Assembly (NCBI GenBank): GCA_965248865.1
Contig: CBDFKP010000002.1
Location: 376,610 to 440,609 of the forward strand
Direction of reading: 5' to 3'
Length of the DNA stretch: 64,000 nucleotides
Source: Dehalococcoidia bacterium
GTDB taxonomy: Bacteria > Chloroflexota > Dehalococcoidia > Lucifugimonadales > JAPUKM01
Notes under the pieces: model-generated
Databases searched by the model: none
What the model saw: only the letters and a program-made list of their open reading frames with translations
Told to the model about the DNA's origin: nothing
In this document: positions 46,528 to 54,983 of the stretch, in pieces
Layout: every line of letters starts with the position of its first letter
How positions within the stretch are numbered: the first letter of the stretch is position 1
Translations under genes and position numbers: made by a program

Positions 46528-46630
46528 TGACGTGTCGCCTGACGTGTCATGGAGCAAATTGGGATTCTGCGCTAAAATACAGGGGCCGAAGAATTGTAGT
46601 TTTGCAACCCATGACGAGGGCTGACGTGTC
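46528..46630 (+). promoter_or_regulatory. three direct copies of TGACGTGTC around the start of the excisionase-like gene
   Basis: Copies at 46528-46536, 46540-46548 and 46622-46630. A TAAAAT -10-like hexamer lies at 46573-46578. Confidence 0.4.
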
Positions 46631-47117
46631 AACCGATAGAGAAGAAAAAGCTAGGCATGAGCCTGTCCGCTGGGTCTCGAAAACAGAGGCGGCGGAGGAG
46701 CTGGAGATATCCCTTTCAACTCTCGATCGGAAGATCAGGAAGGGAGAGGTCGAGGTTGTCCGTGAGGGCCGCCGGGTCTATGTGCGGATGCACGGGTCGG
46801 AGTATCTGAGCGACCACGAGCTGCTGCGCCGGGCCATCGCCAGGGAGGATGAGCTTCAGCGGACAGTGCGGGAGTTGGAGCGGAGCGTGTCGGACTTGGA
46901 TCTTAGAGCATCCGAGTTGGAGCGGGAGCGGGACGAGGCCAGGGAGTCCGCATCCGCCAGCAGACGGCCTTACGAGGAGCTGGAGAAGGCGTACCGGAAG
47001 GAGATCGCCGAGCATAAGGAGACGAAGGAAGTGGTCATCGCAGTACGCGTGACCGCCATCGTGCTGTTGGTGCTTCTGGTCGCCAGCGTTCTCGTGTGGT
47101 GGTTTGTGCTGAGGTAG
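46611..47117 (+). CDS. excisionase-family HTH protein with coiled coil and C-terminal TM helix
   Basis: VSKTEAAEELEISLSTLDRKIRKGEVEVVREGRRVYV (HTH_17-like), then a heptad-rich acidic/basic segment, then VIAVRVTAIVLLVLLVASVLVWWFVL. Confidence 0.65.
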   Translation: MTRADVSTDREEKARHEPVRWVSKTEAAEELEISLSTLDRKIRKGEVEVVREGRRVYVRMHGSEYLSDHELLRRAIAREDELQRTVRELERSVSDLDLRASELERERDEARESASASRRPYEELEKAYRKEIAEHKETKEVVIAVRVTAIVLLVLLVASVLVWWFVLR

Positions 47118-47574
47118 GGCGTCCACGCGTTGTGCTGTGCCTGGACCACCTGCAGAGGCAACGGACGGGGAGCACGGCTCACGGAACCCGGTTCGGGGCC
47201 TATCCCCAGTTCCCGTCACTTTGTACAGCGGCATTTTGTCCACTTTTGTAGGTAGCATTGTCCTCTGCCGCCCGATTTGCCAACCGGCGTTTTGTTCACT
47301 CTCGTAGCTAAGACTGTTCTGTGGCCGTGGAAGGAGCACCAGAATCAAATTGCTTGCTCCGATGTCGCAGACTGCTTGGTTTCCCCTCGATTTCAGCTAG
47401 GAAATCACCAAACCTACAACTCGTCCACAAACTCAAACTCCTGTACACGTGTATGACACCACCATAGGCTCCGCGATTCTCCTGCCCTGTGAGGGGGGCT
47501 GCGTGCGAGCCCTGCCAGACCCGTCGTTGCATCCGCAACAACTTCGTCTATCCACTGGGAACCAGTGTTTAGCC

Positions 47575-47603
47575 TTGACATGATTAACGGCACACGTTAA
47601 TAT
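47575..47603 (+). promoter_or_regulatory. sigma70-type promoter with embedded palindromic operator upstream of higB
   Basis: TTGACA (47575-47580), 17-nt spacer, TAATAT (47598-47603). Inverted repeat ATTAACG-N5-CGTTAAT (47583-47601). Confidence 0.6.
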
Positions 47604-47605
47604 CA

Positions 47606-47890
47606 TTGGCGGTGGATAGATTTCGAGATGGCGACGCTCAACGCCTCTTCGCCGGACAAACGGTTCGGCGCTTACCGCCTGACATTCAACGCAGGGCGAG
47701 GATGCGGTTACAACGGGTGATTGCAGCTACGGCGTTGACCGACCTTCGGGTGCCACCATCCCATCGGCTGGAAGCATTGCGGGGAGACCGGGCTGGGCAG
47801 TTCAGCATCCGCATAAACGACCAGTGGCGGGTGTGCTTCATCTGGACAGACCAGGGCGCGATGGAGATAGAAATCACTGACTACCACTGA
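47606..47890 (+). CDS. higB: HigB-type (RelE/ParE superfamily) toxin
   Basis: RFRDGDAQRLF...LRVPPSHRLEALRGDRAGQFSIRINDQWRVCFIW...EIEITDYH is the canonical HigB pattern. The start may be a leaderless GTG at 47612. Confidence 0.85.
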   Translation: MAVDRFRDGDAQRLFAGQTVRRLPPDIQRRARMRLQRVIAATALTDLRVPPSHRLEALRGDRAGQFSIRINDQWRVCFIWTDQGAMEIEITDYH

Positions 47891-47901
47891 GGAGGACATC
47901 A

Positions 47902-48195
47902 ATGACTAATACGGTCGAACCGATTCACCCTGGAGAGCATCTGTCAGAGATCATGGAGGAGCTGGGCATCACCCAGTATCGCCTGGCAAAGACCATAGGA
48001 GCGCCGCCTATACGCATCCATGACATCGTGCATTGTCGGAGGTCCATCACTGTGGACACTGCGCTGAAGATCGGAAAGGCTCTGGGAACAACTCCGGAGT
48101 TCTGGTTGAATCTTCAGCGGATGTACGACCTGGACGTAGCCCGGGCCACTACCGACGTAAGTGGGATTGAGCCTCTGGTCAAGGCGTCTGCATGA
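47902..48195 (+). CDS. higA: HigA-type antitoxin (XRE HTH)
   Basis: IHPGEHLSEIMEELGITQYRLAKTIGAPPIRIHDIVHCRRSITVDTALKIGKALGTTPEFWLNLQ is the canonical HigA pattern. Confidence 0.88.
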   Translation: MTNTVEPIHPGEHLSEIMEELGITQYRLAKTIGAPPIRIHDIVHCRRSITVDTALKIGKALGTTPEFWLNLQRMYDLDVARATTDVSGIEPLVKASA

Positions 48196-48956
48196 TGCAG
48201 GAATCGCGGTTGCCCCCGAACCTGCGAGGTGGCGCAAGTTTCAGCCACTTTAATCCCCAATCCAGTCTGCTGGCCAATGGCCTAGACTTTCTAGTCAGCG
48301 CCGCGGAGTTTGCATCACGTGATGACGAACGAAGTTGGAAATATGCCGTCTTGCATCTGTGGTACGGGCTGGAATTGCTCCTAAAGGCGAGGTTAGAGCG
48401 TGAGCACTGGTCGCTGCTATTTTCCAACATTGACCACGCAGATCGGCTGAAGCTCATCAGCGGCGACTTCTTATCAGTAGATTCTAACCAAGCCTATAAA
48501 CGTCTCAAGCAGATTTGCGACATCGAGATAGACCCTTCGGACTGGAAACACTTGATTGCACTGCGGAATCGAAGCAACCGCATCAGGCATCATGTTGCTG
48601 AATACAACTCCATACAGGTCAAGTCAATGGTGTGGAGGTGTATGAACATCGGTCTTGCATTTTGTGAATCACAACAGATGCAAGAGGACAGTAGAACAAT
48701 TCAAAGGCAGTTCTATAAAGTTGGCTCGCTTTTGAAGGGGTTTGACGATTTTGTCAATGACCGGTTGAAAGTCATTTCGTTGCACCCTGATTTCGACCCC
48801 GATGTAAAATGCATGGAGTGTTGGCAAACTACTTGTGTCATTGATGCCAACGGAATCCTGTGTCAGTTTTGTGGGGTAGAGATTGATGCTGAAACCCTAA
48901 ACCAGTGGATGGCGGAGATAGAATTAGACGCCTCGGACAGTGCAGAACACCAATAG
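48192..48956 (+). CDS. hypothetical protein with HEPN-like Rx4-6H motif and C-terminal CxxC...CxxC Zn ribbon
   Basis: ATG overlaps the higA stop (ATGA). LIALRNRSNRIRHH (48564-48593) fits the HEPN RNxxxH-type motif. CMEC...CQFC lies at 48810-48872. AT-richer than neighbours. Confidence 0.6.
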   Translation: MMQESRLPPNLRGGASFSHFNPQSSLLANGLDFLVSAAEFASRDDERSWKYAVLHLWYGLELLLKARLEREHWSLLFSNIDHADRLKLISGDFLSVDSNQAYKRLKQICDIEIDPSDWKHLIALRNRSNRIRHHVAEYNSIQVKSMVWRCMNIGLAFCESQQMQEDSRTIQRQFYKVGSLLKGFDDFVNDRLKVISLHPDFDPDVKCMECWQTTCVIDANGILCQFCGVEIDAETLNQWMAEIELDASDSAEHQ

Positions 48957-49019
48957 GCGAATGCCGCAGATCAGGACCAATGTGACTAGAAAGGGATGAC
49001 AAATAGGGAGGAAGACTAA

Positions 49020-50678
49020 ATGAAACATAAGCAACCCCTAACACCCGCGGCCCTCTACGCCAGGGTGTCCAGCGACCGTCAGGACGTGGACCTGTCCGTG
49101 TCCGCCCAGCTCAGAGCGCTCAAGGACTACGCCAGAGCCAACGGCTACTCCGTGGCCCGCGAGTACGTGGACGAGGCCGAGAGCGGCCGCGTGGCCGACA
49201 GGCCCCAGTTCCGGGAGATGATTGAGGAGGGCGGCAAGCCCAACGCTCCCTTTGAGGTCATCTTGGTATGGAAATTCTCCCGCTTCACCCGCAAGCGGGA
49301 GCACGCCGTCGCTTTCAAGTCCATGCTGCGGCGCAAGGGCATCCGCGTCGTGTCCATCACCGAGCACGCCGACGACTCCCCGACCGGCAAGCTCATGGAG
49401 GCCATCATCGAGAGCGTGGACGAATTTTACTCAGAGAATCTTGCGCAGGAGGTCGTCCGTGGTATGCGGGAAGCCGCATCACGAGGCTTCTTCCTCGGCT
49501 CCAAGGCCCCCTTCGGCTACAGGCGGGTCAAGGTCAGCGACGGAGCCAAGGAGCGTCCCACCCTGGAGGTTGACCCTGCCACCGCTCCGGTGGTGAAGGA
49601 GATATTCGAGAGTTCGCTCAGCGGCTACGGCCTCAAGGAAATATGCAGGACCCTGAACGACCGGGGCATCACCAACAGGGGAAAGCGCTGGTACAAGGGA
49701 GGACTCCACTACCTGCTGACCAACGAAGCCTACACCGGAACCGCCGTCTGGGGCAGAACCACCAAGGTAGAGAAGGCCCAGGACCCGGTGCGAGTGGAGG
49801 GAGCATGGCCCGCCCTGGTGTCTAGGGAGCTGTTCGATGCCGTGCAGCAGGCGATGCGGGACCGTGCCCCGAAGGTGCAGAGGCCCGGTAGAGTGGGGAG
49901 CAAGTTCCTGCTGAGCGGTCTGCTCAAGTGCGGGGTGTGCGGCAGGCCCTACAGTGGCCAGGGGGCCAAGAGCGGCCAGTTCGCCTACTACGTCTGCGGG
50001 ACATTGTTCCGGGAGGGAGCGGGGACGTGCAGCGCACGCTACCTGAACGCCCCCAGGGTGGAGGACTTCATTGTTGAGAAGATACGGGAGCGAATTCTCA
50101 CCGAGGAGACCATCGTGGAGCTGGTGACCCTGGTGGCGGAAGAGATCGACGCAATGGCCGGTGAGCTGTCCGGCAGGCTGGAGGTCATCGAGGCCGAGCT
50201 AGGGGACGTGAGGAAGCGTCTTGAGCGGCTCTACGAGGCCCTTGAAACGAGCGAGTTGACGTTGGAGGTCCTGTCGCCCCGAATCTTCTCGCTGAGGCAC
50301 CGTGAGGAGCAACTGGAGGCTGCGAGAGAGGACGCCGAGACCCAGCTTGAGCAGCGGAGGGTTGAGCTTCCGACCACCGAGGAGATCAAGGGGTACGTGG
50401 CGGACTTCCGGGAGTTCTTGCAAGAGGGGACGTTCCCCGAGCGCAAGGCCCTCATCCGCAACTTCGTGGAGGGCATCGAGGTGGTGGGAGACGAGGCGAC
50501 GCTGACGTACACCGTTCCCATGCCAAAGGACGGTGTGAAGCGGGAATCGGCCTCGGTTCTCGATTTCGTCCAGTCCGGCCCACCAGACTTTACTGTACTG
50601 CGAACTCGCCTGTTTAGGGCGACCTCTGCGGTGTCCGCTCCCCCTATTGGCGAGTCCTCCGGCGTGGGTATGGAGTAG
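49020..50678 (+). CDS. large serine recombinase (Rec2)
   Basis: Same domain set as Rec1. Its tail VLDFVQSGPPDFTVLRT runs through the att-like site, and the last about 30 codons are antisense to Rec3. Confidence 0.88.
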   Translation: MKHKQPLTPAALYARVSSDRQDVDLSVSAQLRALKDYARANGYSVAREYVDEAESGRVADRPQFREMIEEGGKPNAPFEVILVWKFSRFTRKREHAVAFKSMLRRKGIRVVSITEHADDSPTGKLMEAIIESVDEFYSENLAQEVVRGMREAASRGFFLGSKAPFGYRRVKVSDGAKERPTLEVDPATAPVVKEIFESSLSGYGLKEICRTLNDRGITNRGKRWYKGGLHYLLTNEAYTGTAVWGRTTKVEKAQDPVRVEGAWPALVSRELFDAVQQAMRDRAPKVQRPGRVGSKFLLSGLLKCGVCGRPYSGQGAKSGQFAYYVCGTLFREGAGTCSARYLNAPRVEDFIVEKIRERILTEETIVELVTLVAEEIDAMAGELSGRLEVIEAELGDVRKRLERLYEALETSELTLEVLSPRIFSLRHREEQLEAAREDAETQLEQRRVELPTTEEIKGYVADFREFLQEGTFPERKALIRNFVEGIEVVGDEATLTYTVPMPKDGVKRESASVLDFVQSGPPDFTVLRTRLFRATSAVSAPPIGESSGVGME

Positions 50679-51733
50679 ACGATGGCGGCCTTGCCGGGCT
50701 TGACCTCGATCTCCTTGACGAAGGAGTGGACGAAGGCCCTGGTCTCGGTAAGCTCGCTGGTTTTCAGGAAGTCGCTCATCTCGGCGGCGAAGGTGGCGAC
50801 AGTGTCGGCGCTGTCCAGGAACTGCCGCCGTTCCGAGAACAGCCCTCTGGCCTCCTCCGCGGCGACCTCCAGCTTCTCCTTGCGCTCCCGGAGTTCCACG
50901 ATGAGGTCCGAAGCCTCGGCCACGTCGACGCTGTCGCTTTTCGCTACGAAGTTCCAGACGCGGCCCAGTTGCTTCTTCACGTCCTCAAGCTCTTCGTCGA
51001 TGGTCTGAAGCCGCTGCCGCTGCTCGTGGGCCACCCCGTCCATCTCCTCGTCCAGCAGCTTCACCAGGTCGCGGATGTTGGACTCGGTGAGGATGTTGGC
51101 CCGAATCTCATCGACGATGAGCTTCTCGAAGGACTTGGCGTTGAGCCTGGGGGTCTCGCAGGCGCCGCTGCCCCGCTTGAGGAGGGAGTGGCAGACGTAG
51201 TAGGTGTACTTACCGCCCTTGGCCTCGGCCGCGGTCATGGCCTTGCCGCAGGTCTCGCACCTGAGCAGACCGCTGAGCAGGTAGGGGCTGGCGGAGCGCC
51301 GTGGGTGGACCTTCTTCGGAGCGCGGGACCCCAGCAGCTTGGTGACCCTTTGGAACTGCCGCCTGGAGACGATGGCGGGGTGTGCGCCCTCGACGCGCAC
51401 GGGCGGCGCGCCGTCCTTCGCGGTTGTTCCCCAGACCAACGTGCCTGTGTAGGCTTCGTTGAGCAGCACGTTGTGGACGGAGGTCTTGGACCACTGCTTT
51501 CCCCTGGGGCTGGCCACGCCCTCGGCGTTGAGGGCCTTGGTCACGTCGAGGGTGCTGCTGCCCTGGAGCACCATGTCGAAGATGCGGCGGGCCACGGCAT
51601 CGGCGGGCGGGTCAAGCTCCAGCTTGGGGCGCTTCTTCGGCCCGTCCTGGACGTAGACCTTCCGGTAGCCGTAGGGGGCGTAGGTGGTGACCCAGAATCC
51701 GCGAGAAGCGGCTTCCCGCATCCCCCGCGCCAC
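50231..51733 (-). pseudogene. large serine recombinase (Rec3), 5'-truncated (catalytic resolvase domain missing)
   Basis: Starts at the equivalent of Rec1/2 residue about 145 (ILAQEVARGMREAASRGFW vs NLAQEVVRGMREAASRGFF), with homology lost at about 51750. Recombinase domain and Zn ribbon (CETCGKAM...YYVCH) are present. Codons beyond ...STVKSGGPDWT are antisense to Rec2. Confidence 0.75.
50556..50605 (+). other. att-like site S2/3, fully symmetric arms
   Basis: GTTC TCGATTTC GTCC AGTC | CGGCCCACCA | GACT TTAC TGTACTGC GAAC. The left arm ends Rec2 (+) and the right arm ends Rec3 (-). Confidence 0.65.
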
Positions 51734-51931
51734 CTCTTGGGCGAGGATATCGGTTATTCAATCGAAACAAAAAGATCAGGTATACATGGGCGGTTGGACT
51801 TGAAGCCAGTTGACAGCGACGATTGCTCACGAAACCTGCGTGGTTCGAACCCCCGTTACCGGGGGCCTAGGATAGAAACGAGAAGAATTAAGCCCACATT
51901 TCCCAGATCAGCCGCGTGGGTGCGTCGTAAT

Positions 51932-53633
51932 CCGGTAAGATTGCTGCCTATTTGAGCCGCATACCTGGGCATTATGGGCAGTGTGGGTGCTAGACTGGCC
52001 GAGCTAGCGGGATCTAGTTCTGGATACCGCAATCTCGCTGGAGGCACCCAATGGGTGAAAGCTCCGACACCCTTTTGAAGCTCCAATTCGACCGCAGAGT
52101 CCGCCTGGATTTTCGTGGCGCTACCATCACCTCGGACGCCGGACTCCTGGCATGCCGCGAGCTTGATGCCGCTCTGGGGCTCACAGAGACAGCCAACGAT
52201 TATATCCATGAAAGCCGCACCGGCCGCAACGTGCAACACCCGCTGTTGCCCTTGCTCAGACAATCGGTGTATAGCCGTCTCGCTGGCTATGAGGACACCA
52301 ACGACGCTGAACGGCTTGCCCAAGACCCGGCTATGCGGGTCATCGTCGGGTGGCAAGGTACTGATAAGCAGGCAGCCAGCACCAACACTATGAGCCGATT
52401 TGAGACTGAGGTGTTAACCGAAGAGGAGAACCTGGATGGGCTTGCGCGCCTGAATGTTGAGTGGGTGGCCAGGGCCATGGCCCAGACATCTCACCAGCGA
52501 GTTATCCTAGACATGGACAGATCTGAAAGCCCGGTGCATGGGCAGCAAGAGGGAGTCGCCTACAACGGCCACTTCGAGTCCGTATGTTATCACCCGCTCT
52601 TCCTGTTCAACCATTTCGGAGATTGCGAAGGTGCAATGCTTCGACAGGGCAACGTCCACAGCGCTGAGCGGTGGCGGGAGGTTCTGGAGCCAGTCGTGAA
52701 GCGATACCAGGAGAAAGGAGTCCGGCTGCTGTTCCGGGCCGATGCTGCCTTTGCCAAGCCCGAGGTGTACGAGTACCTGGGGTCAAGGGACACTGGCTAC
52801 GCTATGCGGCTTCCGGCCAACGAGGTATTACAACGAAACATCCGCCACCTACTGAAGCGGCCCGTGGGCAGGCCGCCTAAGAAGCCCGTAGTCCGGTATC
52901 ACGACTTCGTTTACCAGGCCCAGAGCTGGGACATTCCCCGGCGTGTGGTCGCCAAGGTGGAGTGGCACCAGGGTGAGCTATTCCCGAGGGTCGGGTTCGT
53001 CGTCACCAACCTCAACCTACCGCCGGCAGGCGTAACCCACTTCTACAACGGGCGGGGCACGGCCGAGCAGTGGATCAAGGAAGGTAAATACGCCCTGAAC
53101 TGGACGCGGCTCTCGTGTCACAGGTTCGTTGCTAACCAGGTGAGGCTGTGGCTGTTTGTACTGGCCTACAACCTGGGCAACTTCATGAGAAGGCTGACTT
53201 TGCCAGAGTCAGTGAAACACTGGTCACTGCGAAGTGTTCAGACCAAGCTCATCAAGATGGGTGGACGTCTGGTGCGGCATGCCAGGAGGTTGGTGTTTCA
53301 GCTTGCTGAGGTGGCAGTGTCCCGGGAGGTATTCCGGCAAGTGTTGGAGCGTATCGCCGGGCTCCATCCAGCACCAGGGTAGCGATTATCCTTGAGGTCA
53401 TCAGAGGTGAAGAGAGGCAACCAAGGGCGAGGTGCGTGCCCGGAGGAGTTTGAAGGGAGTGCAAACGTGGTGAAAGCCACCTCCGCTGCCTGGGGCCGCT
53501 AACTCACCACGCCGAGAGATGGTTTTGTGAGCTTGATTGGATGGTTGACGGCATCCGTGAGTGATACTAAGATGGCTCTCGTCGAGGATGGTACCTTGCT
53601 TGGACCCAGGCGGTTTGATATGGGTAATTCCGG
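51932..53633 (+). mobile_element. IS1380-family insertion sequence (left boundary tentative)
   Basis: The right end is fixed by comparison with the 35177-35535 fragment (...TTGATATGGGTAATTCCGG). The left end is proposed at CCGGTAAGATTGC (weak IR). No TSD seen. Confidence 0.6.
52051..53382 (+). CDS. IS1380-family DDE transposase
   Basis: Hallmarks ILDMDRSESPVHGQQEGVAYNGHFESVCYHPLF and FYNGRGTAEQWIKEGKYALNWTRLSCHRFVANQVRLWLFVLAYNL. Confidence 0.88.
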   Translation: MGESSDTLLKLQFDRRVRLDFRGATITSDAGLLACRELDAALGLTETANDYIHESRTGRNVQHPLLPLLRQSVYSRLAGYEDTNDAERLAQDPAMRVIVGWQGTDKQAASTNTMSRFETEVLTEEENLDGLARLNVEWVARAMAQTSHQRVILDMDRSESPVHGQQEGVAYNGHFESVCYHPLFLFNHFGDCEGAMLRQGNVHSAERWREVLEPVVKRYQEKGVRLLFRADAAFAKPEVYEYLGSRDTGYAMRLPANEVLQRNIRHLLKRPVGRPPKKPVVRYHDFVYQAQSWDIPRRVVAKVEWHQGELFPRVGFVVTNLNLPPAGVTHFYNGRGTAEQWIKEGKYALNWTRLSCHRFVANQVRLWLFVLAYNLGNFMRRLTLPESVKHWSLRSVQTKLIKMGGRLVRHARRLVFQLAEVAVSREVFRQVLERIAGLHPAPG

Positions 53634-53761
53634 CTAGGAGTTTGTGCAGGTCAGCAAGCGACCAGGGCGGCTGGGACCGGTGCAAGAAGGGCAGGGCGCG
53701 GGTGAATAGCCGGTCCATGCAGCCCGCTTGCGGTGCGCTGCAGCTGCGCTCCGGGGAAACG

Positions 53762-54007
53762 ATGATGTGTCCATTGAAACGGCCCTGGCACGAGATGCCG
53801 GAGTTCGTCGAGAACGCGCTGAGGGAGCACGGGCTCATGGAGGCGAACCGCAGCCGCCCTCCCTACCAGCGGAACGACTACGTGGGGTGGATAACGGGGG
53901 CCAAGCGCTGGGAGACGCAGCAGAAGCGGTTGGCTCAGATGATCAGTGAGCTGCAGTGCGGCGACCGCTACATGAACATGGTCTATCGGCCCAGATCCAA
54001 GGGCTAG
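53762..54007 (+). pseudogene. C-terminal fragment of a YdeI/OmpD-associated (OmdA) family protein
   Basis: PEFVENAL...PPYQRNDYVGWITGAKRWETQQKRLAQMISEL matches the family's C-terminal domain. It begins immediately after the IS1380 end. Confidence 0.5.
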
Positions 54008-54417
54008 CATTCCTGGGCCGGAACGCATGCAGATGGGCCTGTCCGGGGGAGCGGCCGGAAGGGTCTGCGCGGACCGGGAAGTGCGGCCGCGTTGGCTCTC
54101 GCCGGTCTACGGCCAGATGGTCCCCGCAACGAAAACCGAAGCGGAGGTTGGAGCGTGCCCCCTCGCGTCTCCAACCTCCGCAGTATGGAGCCGGCGGGCG
54201 TGGGCGGTACCCGGCCGGCCTTAACCACATTTGTTGTAGCCGCATTCGCGGCACATGAGACAGCCCTCCTGAAAGACTAGGGGACCCGAACACTCGGGGC
54301 AGGAGCCCCACCCGCTGCGGCCGTTGCCATTGCCGTTGGCCTTGGCAGCGGCAGGCTGTAAGTAATGTTGTAGAGATCAACCGCTAGACGCCAGCAGACC
54401 ACACTTGAGGGGGATAT

Positions 54418-54789
54418 ATGGAACTCGGTGCATTCTCAATTAGCCTGGCCGTAAACGACCTAGAAGCTTCCAAGGCATTCTATGAGAAGCTCGGCTTCGA
54501 GGTCGTCGGAGGTGACCCTTCAGAGAACTGGCAGATTCTCAGGAACGGCATTCACACCATAGGCCTCTTCCATGGTATGTTCAAGGGGAACATACTAACC
54601 TTCAACCCAGGTTGGGACGCTGGAGGTAGGCCAATTGATTCCTTTATGGACGTGCGCGAGCTGCAGAGGCGGTTCAAGGCCCAGGGGGTGAGCCTAACGA
54701 GTGAAGCGGATGAGAATTCTACAGGGCCAGCCAGCTTCATGACCTTGGACCCGGACGGCAATCCGATCCTTGTAGATCAGCATGTCTAA
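54418..54789 (+). CDS. VOC (glyoxalase/bleomycin-resistance) family protein
   Basis: [24 protein letters not shown]... and [12 protein letters not shown] are typical VOC beta-alpha-beta modules. Confidence 0.8.
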   Translation: MELGAFSISLAVNDLEASKAFYEKLGFEVVGGDPSENWQILRNGIHTIGLFHGMFKGNILTFNPGWDAGGRPIDSFMDVRELQRRFKAQGVSLTSEADENSTGPASFMTLDPDGNPILVDQHV

Positions 54790-54983
54790 CGAATAGGGAC
54801 AAGGGGTTGTCACCCGCCCTAGTATGCTGGGCCACCGCCCTCTCTCGACCTTCTTTCGTAGCAGCCACGGCCTCCTTCAGCCATTTAGGGAAGATAAAAC
54901 GGGTTTCTAAGTCGATACGCGAGAGCTCTGCGCCCTTAGCCATCGGATAGTCCTGCTCGGGTTCTTGCGGGTGGCGCGGCTTT

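Noticed and set aside
51817-51872. tRNA- or tmRNA-like T-arm (CGTGG-TTCGAAC-CCCCG).
   Set aside because: The T-stem has a mismatch. The would-be 3' acceptor (TTACCGG) has no complementary 5' strand within 100 nt. No anticodon stem can be folded and no CCA or discriminator context is present. It is more likely part of a hairpin in an element end.
51856-52356. 166-aa minus-strand ORF.
   Set aside because: It lies antisense to the 5' part of the IS1380 transposase gene and the adjacent non-coding end. No motifs are present.
54224-54262. 11-codon Cys-rich minus-strand ORF ([11 protein letters not shown]) preceded by AGGAGGG.
   Set aside because: It is too short to support without conservation or expression data. 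The surrounding region contains overlapping spurious frames.
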